DNA of 64,000 nucleotides from Chthoniobacterales bacterium (GTDB lineage Bacteria > Verrucomicrobiota > Verrucomicrobiia > Chthoniobacterales > Chthoniobacteraceae), in the NCBI GenBank assembly GCA_038207335.1, contig JBBQZX010000002.1:192001-256000 (forward strand), read 5' to 3'. Positions 19,844 through 29,733 of this stretch are shown piece by piece (within the stretch, counting starts at the first letter, position 1; each line of letters opens with the position of its first letter). The translations under genes and the position numbers were made by a program. Below the pieces are notes generated by a model, which searched no databases, was not told where the DNA came from, and worked only from the letters and a program-made list of their open reading frames with translations.

Positions 19844-22800
19844 TTACTGAAGGAGGCTGTCGGAAGTGTTGACGGGAGCTTTGCCGCCGACTTTCACATC
19901 GAGGCCGAGCGACTGCATTTCTTTGATGAGCACGTTGAAGGACTCGGGCGTGCCGGCTTCCAGCGAGTTGTCACCTTTGACGATGGACTCGTAGATGCGC
20001 GTGCGGCCTGCCACATCGTCGGATTTGACGGTAAGCAACTCCTGCAGCGTGTAGGCCGCGCCATAGGCTTCGAGCGCCCAGACTTCCATCTCTCCGAAGC
20101 GCTGACCGCCGTATTGCGCCTTGCCGCCGAGCGGTTGTTGGGTGACGAGCGAGTAGGGTCCGACAGCGCGGGCGTGAATCTTGTCAGCGACCAAATGGCC
20201 GAGTTTCAGCATGTAGATGTAGCCGACGACGACCTGCTGATCGAAAAGATCGCCAGTCCGGCCGTCATAGACGGAAGACTTGCCGCTCTCGTTGATCCAT
20301 GAGTAGCCCTCGACCTTCTGAGCCTCTTTCATGTAGTCGAAGATTTGCTTCTCGTGAATGCCGTCGAAAACAGGCGTCGCGACCTTGAAGCCGAGCGCTT
20401 TCGCAGCGACTCCGAGATGGGTCTCGAGAACCTGTCCGACGTTCATTCGACTCGGCACGCCGAGCGGATTGAGCACGATATCGACGGGCGTTCCGTCGCT
20501 GAGGTATGGCATGTCTTCCTCGGGCACGATGCGGGCGACGACGCCCTTGTTGCCGTGGCGTCCTGCCATCTTGTCACCGACGCTGAGCTTGCGCTTGCTG
20601 GCGACGAAGACCTTCACCTGCTTGATGATGCCGGGATCAACGTCATCGCCGCTCTCGACTTTGTCCATCGAGCGCTCGTGCTCAAGTTCCAGCTCGGCGA
20701 ACTTGTGCTCGAACTGGCCAATGATCTCGCGGATTTTGTTGCGGATCGGCGAAGGGTCGATATCGACGTGGTCATAGACGCCGGCGAGCTTTCGCAGCAG
20801 GGTCTTGGTGATCTTGCGGTTGGCAGGAATGATGATCTCGCCGGTCTGAGCATTGACGACATCGAGCGGGATTTTCTCGCCGAGAAGGATGTTCGACAGA
20901 GCTTCCGTAAGTTGCTCGTGCAGTTCGTCTTTCTTCTTGGTGTGCTCTTCGTCGATCTGCTTCGCCTGCCGCTTGGATTCCGCGGGAGAGAGCTTGATCT
21001 TCGTGATCTCTTTCCGGCTGGAGACCTTCACATCCATGACGATGCCGTAGGTGCCGGACGGGACGGTCAGCGACGTGTCTTTCACGTCTGCGGCTTTCTC
21101 GCCGAAGATGGCGCGCAGGAGGCGCTCTTCAGGTGCGAGTTCCGTCTCGGACTTCGGGGTGATTTTGCCGACAAGGATGTCCCCAGGTTTCACCTCCGCG
21201 CCGATGCGAATGACGCCGTCGGGGCCGAGATTGCGCAGCGCTTCTTCGCTGACATTCGGAATGTCTCGCGTGATTTCCTCGGGTCCCAGCTTGGTGTCGC
21301 GGGCTCCGATTTCAAACTCGTCGATGTGGATGGACGTGTAGATGTCTTCCTTCACCACGCGCTCGCTGATCGTGATCGCGTCCTCGAAGTTGTAGCCATT
21401 CCAAGGCATGAACGCGACAAGCACGTTGCGCCCAAGAGCGAGTTCACCCTTCTCGGTATTCGGACCGTCGGCGATGACGTCTCCTTTTTTGACCGACTGG
21501 CCTTTCTTGACGATCGGCTTTTGGTTCACGCAGGTGCCCGCGTTCGAGCGCAGGAACTTGCGGAGGTCGTAGAAGTAGATGCCTTCTTCCGGGTCGTGCT
21601 TGAGCTTCTTTTTACCTTCGGGAAGCTGGCCGTCCTTTGTGACGATGATGAGGTCGGCAGTAACACTCGCGACCTTGCCATTTGCCTCGCAGACAATGAC
21701 TGCGCGCGAATCGCGTGCGACTTTACCCTCCATGCCAGTGCCGACGAATGGTGACTCGCTGATGAGCAGCGGAACACCCTGACGTTGCATGTTCGAGCCC
21801 ATGAGTGCGCGGTTCGCGTCGTCATGCTCAAGGAAGGGAATCAGGCCGGCGGCGACTGAGACTAGCTGCTTCGGCGAGATGTCCATGTAGCTGACTTTCG
21901 CCGGCTCGACTTCCAAGAAGTCTCCACGGTATCGGACAGCGACTTTCTCGGTGGTGAAGTTACCCTTTTCGTCGATCGGCGAGTTAGCCTGCGCGACGAG
22001 GAACTGCTCCTCACGGTCGCCCGTGAGGTAGTCGATTTCGTCACTGACCCGGCCATTGACGACCTTGCGGTAAGGCGTCTCGAGGAAGCCGAAGTCATTG
22101 ATCCGGGCATACGTGGACATCGAGCTGATGAGTCCGATGTTCGGGCCTTCAGGAGTCTCGATGGGGCAGATGCGGCCGTAGTGAGACGGATGCACGTCGC
22201 GCACCTCGAAGCCTGCACGATCGCGTGAGAGGCCTCCTGGCCCAAGGGCCGAAAGACGGCGCTTATGGGTAAGCTCGGCGAGCGGGTTGGTCTGATCCAT
22301 GAACTGGCTCAGTTGCGAGCGACCGAAGAAGTCGCGAATCACAGCGCTGAGCGCCTTCGGATTGATGAGCTTCTGCGGCGTCATACCCTCGACATTCACG
22401 TCGAACAAAGTCATGCGCTCCTTCACCAAACGCTCGGTGCGGGCGAGGCCGACACGGCATTGATTGGCGAGCAACTCACCGACGGTGCGCACGCGGCGCG
22501 AGCCCAGGTGATCGATGTCGTCGAGCATCCCTTCGCCACGGCGCAGACCGATGAGATACTTCATCGCGGCAATGAAGTCCTCCTTGGTCATGATGCGCTC
22601 GGTGAGCGGGATGCTCAGGCCCATCTTCTGGTTGAGCTTGTAGCGTCCGACGCGACCGAGATCGTATTTTTTCGGATCGAAAAAGAGACGCTTGAGCAAG
22701 CCTCGCGCATTCGGAACCGTGGGTGGGTCGCCAGGGCGGAGGCGGCGGTAGATGTCCTTCAACGCCTCTTCCTCATCGTGCGCCGGGTCCTTTTTGAGCG

Positions 22801-23644
22801 CCTTGATGATGGTGTCGTCGTCCTTGGTATCGACGACCTGCACGTCTTTCACGCCGAGCGCGATGATCTGCCGGATGGTCGCCTTGGTCAGCGGTTCGAA
22901 GGCGCGCGCCACGGTGATTTCACCGTCGCGGACATCGGCGATGAGCACCTTGGTCGCAATCTCGTCTTCCGCGAGCGACTCGCTGAGCTTCAGCTTCTCG
23001 ACGGCATAAAAGAGCTTGATGATTTCCTCGTCACTGCCGTAGCCGAGCGCACGGAGGAAGGTGGTCGCGAGGAACTTGCGGCGGCGCTTGCGGCGGTCAA
23101 GGTAGATGTAAAGGAGGTCGTTCGTATCGAACTGCACCTCGAGCCACGAACCGCGATCGGGGATGATGCGGAAGCTGAAAAGCACCTTGCCATTCAGATG
23201 AACTGACGACTCGAACGCGATGCCGGGCGAGCGGTGAAGCTGCGAGACGACGACGCGCTCGGCACCGTTGATGACGAATGTGCCCTGCGGCGTCATGAGC
23301 GGAATCTCGCCCATATAGACCTTCTCCTCCTTGGTGCCCTTCTCCTCCTTCAGCGAAAATGTGACGTGCAGCGGCGCGCTGAAAGTCTGGCTCTCGCGCA
23401 TCGACTCGCGGACATTGAGCTTCGGCTCGCCGATCTCGTAGCTGGAAAAATCGAGCGTGACTTTTTCGTCGTAGCTTTGGATCGGGAAGACCTCCTTGAA
23501 GACGGCCTGCAAGCCCATTTCTTTGCGCTTGCTGAGCTGCACATTCGTCTGGAGAAACTCGACGTATGAGTTGAGCTGGACCTCGATGAGGTTTGGTGGG
23601 TCGATGACCTCGCGGATTTTGCCGAAATACTTTCTCTCTGACAT
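19844..23644 (-). CDS. rpoB: RNA polymerase beta subunit
   Basis: [44 protein letters not shown]. Confidence 0.99.
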   Translation of the reverse strand: MSERKYFGKIREVIDPPNLIEVQLNSYVEFLQTNVQLSKRKEMGLQAVFKEVFPIQSYDEKVTLDFSSYEIGEPKLNVRESMRESQTFSAPLHVTFSLKEEKGTKEEKVYMGEIPLMTPQGTFVINGAERVVVSQLHRSPGIAFESSVHLNGKVLFSFRIIPDRGSWLEVQFDTNDLLYIYLDRRKRRRKFLATTFLRALGYGSDEEIIKLFYAVEKLKLSESLAEDEIATKVLIADVRDGEITVARAFEPLTKATIRQIIALGVKDVQVVDTKDDDTIIKALKKDPAHDEEEALKDIYRRLRPGDPPTVPNARGLLKRLFFDPKKYDLGRVGRYKLNQKMGLSIPLTERIMTKEDFIAAMKYLIGLRRGEGMLDDIDHLGSRRVRTVGELLANQCRVGLARTERLVKERMTLFDVNVEGMTPQKLINPKALSAVIRDFFGRSQLSQFMDQTNPLAELTHKRRLSALGPGGLSRDRAGFEVRDVHPSHYGRICPIETPEGPNIGLISSMSTYARINDFGFLETPYRKVVNGRVSDEIDYLTGDREEQFLVAQANSPIDEKGNFTTEKVAVRYRGDFLEVEPAKVSYMDISPKQLVSVAAGLIPFLEHDDANRALMGSNMQRQGVPLLISESPFVGTGMEGKVARDSRAVIVCEANGKVASVTADLIIVTKDGQLPEGKKKLKHDPEEGIYFYDLRKFLRSNAGTCVNQKPIVKKGQSVKKGDVIADGPNTEKGELALGRNVLVAFMPWNGYNFEDAITISERVVKEDIYTSIHIDEFEIGARDTKLGPEEITRDIPNVSEEALRNLGPDGVIRIGAEVKPGDILVGKITPKSETELAPEERLLRAIFGEKAADVKDTSLTVPSGTYGIVMDVKVSSRKEITKIKLSPAESKRQAKQIDEEHTKKKDELHEQLTEALSNILLGEKIPLDVVNAQTGEIIIPANRKITKTLLRKLAGVYDHVDIDPSPIRNKIREIIGQFEHKFAELELEHERSMDKVESGDDVDPGIIKQVKVFVASKRKLSVGDKMAGRHGNKGVVARIVPEEDMPYLSDGTPVDIVLNPLGVPSRMNVGQVLETHLGVAAKALGFKVATPVFDGIHEKQIFDYMKEAQKVEGYSWINESGKSSVYDGRTGDLFDQQVVVGYIYMLKLGHLVADKIHARAVGPYSLVTQQPLGGKAQYGGQRFGEMEVWALEAYGAAYTLQELLTVKSDDVAGRTRIYESIVKGDNSLEAGTPESFNVLIKEMQSLGLDVKVGGKAPVNTSDSLLQ

Positions 23645-23753
23645 GACGTTGGGTAGCTCGTTGCTGCGGTTGTTTCGATCATGGCCCGGCCCCGCATCGC
23701 AGCGTGCGGGATGGGCCGTAAAAAAATTTCAGAGACACCGTGCCCGGACACGA

Positions 23754-23816
23754 AACGCAGAGGCGCAGAAACGCAGGGGGGTAAAAAACTCCTCTGCGTT
23801 TCTGCGTCTCTGCGTT
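23754..23816. repeat. 28-bp near-perfect palindrome built of ACGCAGAR-type 9-mers in the rpoB leader
   Basis: AACGCAGAGGCGCAGAAACGCAGGGGGG ... CTCCTCTGCGTTTCTGCGTCTCTGCGTT. Confidence 0.85.
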
Positions 23817-23951
23817 GAAAATTCGGTCCGGGCGGCGGCGGCGGTCAAAGAAAAGGCAAGTCCGAAATTTTGGTTTTCGGACAAACGGGACGCGGACTCT
23901 CGGGGAGAAGTTGCGCCTCCGCAAGAAAAAACTTGCCTTATTTTTTGGAAT

Positions 23952-24587
23952 TCATCCGCGAGCGGCGGAAATGAACGATTGGAGCAGGTCGGCTGATTTT
24001 ACCCCGGGCGCATCTTCCACCCCACTGGCGACATCGACTGCGTACGGGCACACGGCGCGGATCGCGTCACCGACATTCGACGGCGTGAGTCCTCCAGCGA
24101 GGATGAGATGCAGCCTCGGGTGCCGGCGGGCTAGCGCGGTGGCGAGCGCGAGATCGAGGCTCGCGCCGGTGCCGCCGAATGCGTCAGGGACATGAGCGTC
24201 GATGAGAACGTGCTGCGTGGAAAAGTCGGCGGCGGTGTCGATGGCTGCGGCGTTTGCGAGGCGCAGGGCCTTGATAAATGGCCGGCCTTCGCGCGCGAAT
24301 TCAGCGCAGTACTCCGGATCTTCGTCACCGTGGAACTGCACCATGTCGATGGCAGAATGCGCGGCGATGCGGCGCGCCTCGGCAATTGGGAGGTTCACAA
24401 GAACCGCGATCTTCGACACAAACGGCGGGAGGTCGCGAATCCACGCGGCGTTTTCGTCGAGCGAGATGAAGCGCTTTGAGCCGGGAAAGAGGTTGAACCC
24501 GAGTGCGTCGGCACCGAAGTGGATCGCGCAGAGTGCATCGCCGAGGCGGGTGATGCCGCAAATTTTAACGCGGGTGCGGGCGCTCAT
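23952..24587 (-). CDS. trpF: Phosphoribosylanthranilate isomerase
   Basis: RVKICGITR, VQFHGDE, LIDA..FGGTG, ILAGGLTPSNV, VDVASGVE; ATGA overlap with the upstream gene. Confidence 0.96.
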   Translation of the reverse strand: MSARTRVKICGITRLGDALCAIHFGADALGFNLFPGSKRFISLDENAAWIRDLPPFVSKIAVLVNLPIAEARRIAAHSAIDMVQFHGDEDPEYCAEFAREGRPFIKALRLANAAAIDTAADFSTQHVLIDAHVPDAFGGTGASLDLALATALARRHPRLHLILAGGLTPSNVGDAIRAVCPYAVDVASGVEDAPGVKSADLLQSFISAARG

Positions 24588-25339
24588 GCGGGCTGTTCTT
24601 CGGGAAAGTGAAAGCTGGGCATGGCCTCGACGAGCTTCACGATTCCTTCGCCCCATTTGTGCTGGATTTCGCGAAGGAACGGGTTGCCGTCGCCGATGCG
24701 GCAGCGCTGCTCGACTCGCAGCGAATCGGCGCGATACGCAAGGACATCGAGCGGCGGGCCGACGGCGACATTGCTCTTCATCGTCGCCTCCATCGAGATG
24801 AGTCCGAATTTCACCGCCTCGGAAAGCCGCGTCTCGTAGGAGAATCCGCGGTCGAGAATCGGCTTGCCGTATTTGGATTCGCCGATCTGCAGGAACGGCG
24901 ACTCCTTGTTGGCCTTGAGCGAATTTCCCTGCGGATAGACGTAGTGAATCTCGTGCGCTTGGCCGGCAATCTGGCCGCCGACGAGGACGTTGATATTGAA
25001 GCCGAACCCATCCGCCTCCAGCGCCGCGCGGTCGAGCCGATCGACCTCGCGCACTTTCGACCCGACGTATCTCGCGGTCGCGAAGAGGGTGCTCTGGTTC
25101 ATTAAATGCGCGCGGCTCGGGTCTTGTTTTCCGAGGGCGATGTCCTCCTCGATGAGCGCCACGACGGACTGCGTGAGCGAGAGGTTTCCCGAAGTCATGA
25201 GGCACAGCACCCGGTCGCCGGGCTCGTCATAGACGCGCATTTTCGGACGGATGTTGATGTTATCCACGCCCGAACTCGTGCGCGAATCGGCGACAAAAAC
25301 GAGGCCTTCACGGCAAAGGAGGCTGAGGCAGTAGGTCAT
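24584..25339 (-). CDS. Anbu, proteasome-type (Ntn) protease
   Basis: N-terminal MTYC (Thr1), DSRTSSGVD, TSGNLS.TQ, YPQGN, LQIGESKYGKPILDR, SNVAVGPP. Confidence 0.92.
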   Translation of the reverse strand: MTYCLSLLCREGLVFVADSRTSSGVDNINIRPKMRVYDEPGDRVLCLMTSGNLSLTQSVVALIEEDIALGKQDPSRAHLMNQSTLFATARYVGSKVREVDRLDRAALEADGFGFNINVLVGGQIAGQAHEIHYVYPQGNSLKANKESPFLQIGESKYGKPILDRGFSYETRLSEAVKFGLISMEATMKSNVAVGPPLDVLAYRADSLRVEQRCRIGDGNPFLREIQHKWGEGIVKLVEAMPSFHFPEEQPA

Positions 25340-25425
25340 TGAATTTAGGAAGTAAGATTTAGGATTTAGGATTCGCGCGGCTACGCGCGAAGGGCCGTCT
25401 GCGCTGCTTCGAGCGGCGGTGTCGC

Positions 25426-25863
25426 CTATTCGATCACCCGGCCTTGGACGGGTTTGATCGGTTGCTCGTCGAGCGTTTGAGAGCGGGGATTTCCGCGGCA
25501 GGTCGTGATTTTTAAATGACTGTCGCCCGTCTTGAGGAAGACGCTGAGCGACCAGTTCACGATGCTGACGATGAGCGCGCCGAAGAACGCCTGGCCGAAG
25601 CCCGCGACGTGAAAGCCAGAGACGAGTCCGGCGACGAACCACAGGAGTAGCGCGTTCACGACGAGGATGAAAAGGCCGAGCGAGAGAAGAATGAATGGCA
25701 GGCTCAGCAGCAGGAGCACGGGACGCACGAGGGCGTTCACGATGCCGAGCAGCAGCGCGACGGTGATGAGCGCACCGGGGCCGGCGTATTGCATCCCGGT
25801 GAGATTCGCGGCGACGGCGACCGCGATCGTCGTGATGAGCCAGCGCGTGAGAAACAGTTTCAT
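25426..25863 (-). CDS. 4-TM phage holin superfamily IV (DUF360/YvlD-like) membrane protein
   Basis: LLGIVNALVRPVLLLLSLP..LSLGLFILVVNA..GFHVAGFGQAFFGALIVS. Confidence 0.85.
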   Translation of the reverse strand: MKLFLTRWLITTIAVAVAANLTGMQYAGPGALITVALLLGIVNALVRPVLLLLSLPFILLSLGLFILVVNALLLWFVAGLVSGFHVAGFGQAFFGALIVSIVNWSLSVFLKTGDSHLKITTCRGNPRSQTLDEQPIKPVQGRVIE

Positions 25864-25963
25864 TCCCGCGAACGATACCCCGCCGCCGCGCCTTTCCAAG
25901 CCAGACGAATCGCCACGCACTTTCCGCTCGCGACTTCCTCCGCGCTGTCTCATTGATTTCCCC

Positions 25964-26236
25964 ATGCCCACTCGGTTTCCCCTCCTTTTGAAAATCGCGC
26001 GTCTTTGCGCCATGAGTTCGATTTTGCTCGTTGCAGTCTGCGTTTACACCGGATGCAGCACTACCCCCCCTGTACGCCTCGTCGCGACCGATCCATATGT
26101 CCTGAGCAGTTCTGTCTCTTACGATCCGCATGGCGACGATTCCGGATACACCTATCACCACGATCGCGGCGCACTCCGCCGCCGCGACACCGTCACCGAG
26201 ATCGACGAAAAACGCGTCGTGCAATACGAACGCTAG
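25964..26236 (+). CDS. Small putative lipoprotein
   Basis: Hydrophobic stretch ending YTGC, then a short polar domain; start uncertain. Confidence 0.55.
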   Translation: MPTRFPLLLKIARLCAMSSILLVAVCVYTGCSTTPPVRLVATDPYVLSSSVSYDPHGDDSGYTYHHDRGALRRRDTVTEIDEKRVVQYER

Positions 26237-26340
26237 GCTTGAAAATCCCCCGCTCCGGCGGCATTTTTTAATGTGCGCGGGCGCTGCAGAGTGGCGCCGA
26301 TTCACCACCAGCAATAACCTCCCGCGCCGCTTCGCTGCTT

Positions 26341-26733
26341 ATGTCCACGCCAGACTCCCCGCTCAACGAGACCGCCACCCACACGCACTGCCCGCTCTGC
26401 GGCGCCGCGCTCGATCCAGCCTCTCAAAATGAATGCCCGAAGTGCGACTGGGTGCTCGGATACCGCCGCCGCGAAACCACCGACGCCGGCTCCGTGCGCG
26501 ACCGCCTCGCGGTCCTTTTCAGCATCGTCCCCGGCCTCGGCCACATCTACAAAGGGCACCGCCTCCTCGGCGCGATCCTCATGCTCGGCAGCGCCTTCGC
26601 ATTTTCCGCGGCATCGCTCGCCGGCTTCGCGAGCGCGGGCTGGGGCCTGCTGCTCATGCCGTTGTATTGGATCGGCGTCATGCTCCACGCGTATTGGCTG
26701 GAAGATCTCGCCGCCGTGAAGCCGACGCCGTAG
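26341..26733 (+). CDS. Zn-ribbon plus transmembrane (TM2-like) hypothetical protein
   Basis: CPLC...CPKC; LFSIVPGLGHIYKG followed by hydrophobic helices. Confidence 0.75.
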   Translation: MSTPDSPLNETATHTHCPLCGAALDPASQNECPKCDWVLGYRRRETTDAGSVRDRLAVLFSIVPGLGHIYKGHRLLGAILMLGSAFAFSAASLAGFASAGWGLLLMPLYWIGVMLHAYWLEDLAAVKPTP

Positions 26734-26906
26734 CCGCCCCGATCCTCGATCCCGCCCGGCGCTCCACCTTCACCCACCGGGCTCACCGATCCCGGCGACC
26801 ACGCGGCCCACAAAGGATTTGCCGCGCCGCCGCGCTTCCGCTGAATTCCCCGCCCCACCGGCCGCGTTCGCCGCACAGTCCGCTCTACACTTTCACAAAA
26901 AAACAA

Positions 26907-28076
26907 ATGCTCTCCGCTGGAATCGTCGGCCTCCCAAACGTCGGTAAATCGACCCTCTTCAACGCCGTCACGCGCACCCAAAAAGCGCAGGCCGCCAACT
27001 ACCCCTTCTGCACCATCGACCCGAACGTCGGCGTCGTCACCGTCCCCGACCCGCGCCTCGCCGTCCTCAGCAAACTCTCTTCCTCCAAAAAACTTGTCCC
27101 GGCCGCCATCGAATTCGTCGATATCGCCGGGCTCGTGAAAGGTGCCAGCGCGGGCGAAGGCCTCGGCAACAAATTCCTCAGCCACATCCGCGAAGTTCAC
27201 GCCATCGTGCAAGTCGTCCGCTGCTTCGAGGACGACGACATCCACCACGTCAGCGGCTCCGTCGATCCCGTCCGCGACATCGAAGTCATCAACACCGAAC
27301 TCGTCCTCGCCGACCTCGCCGCCGTCCAGAAGCGCACCGATCGCAACACCAAACTCGCCCGCTCCGGCGACAAACAAGCCAAGGCCGAAATCGCCGTCTG
27401 CGAGAAACTCATCCCCCACCTCGACCAGGGCAAACCCGCCATCACCCTCGCCCTCAGCGACGAAGAGCAGAAAATAGCGCGCGACTTCTTCCTCCTCAGC
27501 AGCAAGCCCACCATCTTCGCCTGCAACGTCGCCGAGTCCGACCTCGGCGTCGTCTCCGCCCTCGTCGCCGCTGCCGGTGAAAATGAAGGCGCCCTCCCGT
27601 CCGATGCCGTCGAGCTCACCCCCGCCGCCATCTTCGTCAAAGCCGTGCAGGACTACGCCCGCGCCCACTTCGCCACCGAGGCCGTCGTCATCAGCGCCCA
27701 GATCGAGAGCGAACTCGCCGAGCTCGCCGACGAAGAAGCCGCCGAATACCTCCGCGGCCTCGGCGTCGCCAGCAGCGGCGTCGGCTCCCTCATCCGCGCC
27801 GTCTATCACCTCCTCGGCCTGCGCACCTACCTCACCACCGGCGAGCAGGAGACCCGCGCCTGGACCATCCGCGCCGGCGACAAAGCCCCCGCCGCAGCCG
27901 GAGTCATCCACAGCGACTTCGAGCGCGGCTTCATCGCCGCCGAAGTCGTCCACTTCGACGACCTCATCACCCTCGGCAGCACCGGCAAAGCGCGTGAACT
28001 CGGCAAACTCCGCATCGAAGGAAAAGAATACGTCGTCAAAGACGGCGACGTCGTCGAATTCCGCTTCAACGTCTGA
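26907..28076 (+). CDS. ychF: Ribosome-binding ATPase YchF
   Basis: [42 protein letters not shown] domain ending VEFRFNV. Confidence 0.98.
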   Translation: MLSAGIVGLPNVGKSTLFNAVTRTQKAQAANYPFCTIDPNVGVVTVPDPRLAVLSKLSSSKKLVPAAIEFVDIAGLVKGASAGEGLGNKFLSHIREVHAIVQVVRCFEDDDIHHVSGSVDPVRDIEVINTELVLADLAAVQKRTDRNTKLARSGDKQAKAEIAVCEKLIPHLDQGKPAITLALSDEEQKIARDFFLLSSKPTIFACNVAESDLGVVSALVAAAGENEGALPSDAVELTPAAIFVKAVQDYARAHFATEAVVISAQIESELAELADEEAAEYLRGLGVASSGVGSLIRAVYHLLGLRTYLTTGEQETRAWTIRAGDKAPAAAGVIHSDFERGFIAAEVVHFDDLITLGSTGKARELGKLRIEGKEYVVKDGDVVEFRFNV

Positions 28077-28098
28077 GCCGCCAATCCTCTCCGCGTGG

Positions 28099-28141
28099 GC
28101 TGTCACGCGCGGAGCGGTCCGCTGCCGCGCATGGTCAGGCG
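28099..28141 (-). repeat. Partial attC-like repeat (copy 3)
   Basis: Minus strand CGCCTGACCATGCGCGGCAGCGGACCGCTCCGCGCGTGACAGC; aligns with the copies at 28817 and 29308. Confidence 0.55.
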
Positions 28142-28166
28142 ATTGCCCGGATGAGAGTTGGCTGAC

Positions 28167-28484
28167 TTACCGGGTGTTAGCGACGGCGACCGCTGCGGTC
28201 TTAATCGTCATGGCGCGTAGTTCTTCAGCGCGGTCTTGGAGTTGACCGTGCAGGACTTCGAGCTGTTTGCGCTGCTCGTCGGACTGAGTGGTCTCGGTTT
28301 GGAGTTTCAGGGCGAGGTCGAATGCGGCCATTCTGAGCTTCTTGTATTGCTCGATGGCCAACTGAACGTCGGCCTGCTGGAATTGCTGTTCGACGGGGAT
28401 GGTTGTCGGGGTCGCATCGGCTGCCGTAAGGCGAGCGCCGAGGAGTGAGATGATGAGGGCGGCGGTTGCGATGGTGGCTTTCAT
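28167..28484 (-). CDS. Secreted helical hypothetical protein
   Basis: Signal peptide MKATIATAALIISLLGARLTAA followed by a Q/E/L-rich coiled-coil-like segment. Confidence 0.65.
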   Translation of the reverse strand: MKATIATAALIISLLGARLTAADATPTTIPVEQQFQQADVQLAIEQYKKLRMAAFDLALKLQTETTQSDEQRKQLEVLHGQLQDRAEELRAMTIKTAAVAVANTR

Positions 28485-28547
28485 TTTATTTTGGCTTCTT
28501 GGTGGACTGGTGGCGGAGAGATTCGTTCATCGCGCGGGACGCGCCGG

Positions 28548-28793
28548 TCACTGCGGCCAGTTCTTCGCTTTTCTGCGGAAGCGCCAGAAGCTGTAAGCCA
28601 GAATGGACAATGCGGTGGCGCAAATCGGAATGAGAAAGAGATTCATTCGATCGATGAACAACCGGGGCCCATCTCCAAAAGTGAAAACCATCGTCAGGAC
28701 AAACAAACTCAAAGCCACCACGATCCAGCAAGCGATCTTGAATCGTCTCACCTCATGTGGGGGAGCAGGCGGGGCGGGAGATGGAGAATTCAT
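28548..28793 (-). CDS. Small 2-TM hypothetical protein
   Basis: Two hydrophobic helices flanked by basic residues. Confidence 0.55.
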   Translation of the reverse strand: MNSPSPAPPAPPHEVRRFKIACWIVVALSLFVLTMVFTFGDGPRLFIDRMNLFLIPICATALSILAYSFWRFRRKAKNWPQ

Positions 28794-28816
28794 GATGTGA
28801 TGAGGTGTTGAGTATT

Positions 28817-28856
28817 CGTGACGCTCGGATCCGTGCGCTGCAACGCATGGTAATGC
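28817..28856 (-). repeat. Partial attC-like repeat (copy 2)
   Basis: Minus strand GCATTACCATGCGTTGCAGCGCACGGATCCGAGCGTCACG. Confidence 0.5.
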
Positions 28857-28917
28857 GCCGGATCGGTTAGCTAAAACCTTTTGTCCAACTTTACGTTGCG
28901 AGCGCTGTTACGCTGGC

Positions 28918-29289
28918 ATGAAAAACTTGCTCCTGCCCCTCCTCGCCATCCTCGGTCTCCTGGTATCCGCGCAAAATACGCTTCTCGCGGAGCCACCGAA
29001 AATCGACCAAATCATCGACACGCTCCATGCCGCAAAGGAAGCGAAAGATCCGGTGCCTCTGCTGGAAAAAGCGCGCGGGGAATTATCCAACTTCAAGCCC
29101 GCGGGAAACACGGCTGGGATGGGACGGAAGAAATCCGCTGGAATCAAGGCCGCGGCGCACGACGACAAGCACGACGCCATGGAGGCGATTGGCGATGCGA
29201 TCGATGTGGCGAAGAAAGGCGGCGACGCAACACCGAAGATCACCCACGCTATTGCCCTCGTGCATAAGTCGGGCGACGGGAAGAATTGA
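28918..29289 (+). CDS. Secreted small helical hypothetical protein
   Basis: Signal peptide MKNLLLPLLAILGLLVSAQNTLLA. Confidence 0.7.
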   Translation: MKNLLLPLLAILGLLVSAQNTLLAEPPKIDQIIDTLHAAKEAKDPVPLLEKARGELSNFKPAGNTAGMGRKKSAGIKAAAHDDKHDAMEAIGDAIDVAKKGGDATPKITHAIALVHKSGDGKN

Positions 29290-29307
29290 GATGCCGCGAC
29301 GTAGCGA

Positions 29308-29426
29308 CGTCTAACCGACCCCAAGCTCAGCGACTGCGGAGGGCGGCGGGGTAGCTGCATGGCGGCGGAAGGCGGCGGCGGAAGCAGGTGCCGTGACGCA
29401 CTGAGCGGTTCGCAGCCCATGATTTA
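29308..29426 (-). repeat. Near full-length attC-like site (copy 1)
   Basis: Starts at the TAA of the upstream ORF; ...GCTGCGAACCGCTCAGTGCGTCACGGC...GTCGCTGAGCTTGGGGTCGGTTAGAC, ending in GTTRRRY. Confidence 0.65.
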
Positions 29427-29684
29427 TGCGCGCTTGAGCTCTTCGACGTTGGCGATCATGCCGATGACGCTGTATTCGCGGACTTCGGGGGTCTTGGGGA
29501 CGGCGAGGGGGTCGTCATCGTCGAAGGGGAATTGGGTGCGGCTGCCGGCGGCGGTCATGTCGGGCGTGTAGGTGTCGGGGTCCACTTCGATCTCGCTGCC
29601 GATGGCTTTCACGGCTTCGCCGATGGCGGGGGTGTAGTCGGAGGCGAAATGTCTTTCGACGACGATTTTCAGCGGCGGTGTCAT
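29424..29684 (-). CDS. Small acidic hypothetical protein (86 aa)
   Basis: MTPPLKIVVERHF...VEELKRA; C-biased third codon positions; stop abuts the attC-like site. Confidence 0.55.
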   Translation of the reverse strand: MTPPLKIVVERHFASDYTPAIGEAVKAIGSEIEVDPDTYTPDMTAAGSRTQFPFDDDDPLAVPKTPEVREYSVIGMIANVEELKRA

Positions 29685-29733
29685 GTGGGAACAATGAGCG
29701 TCGAATCCGATCCGGGTAAAAATGCTGCTGAGG

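Noticed and set aside
12955..23996. Many long plus-strand ORFs opposite rpoB, rpoC and the secreted protein
   Set aside because: Expected stop-poor antisense frames in high-GC coding DNA
25426..25863. Holin-like gene as evidence of a prophage
   Set aside because: This family is common in chromosomes and no other phage genes are present
23952..26314. 576-aa and 417-aa ORFs as Anbu or TrpF fusion proteins
   Set aside because: The extensions are alternate frames of neighbouring genes; Anbu needs Thr1 exposed at ATG 25339 and TrpF starts at 24587
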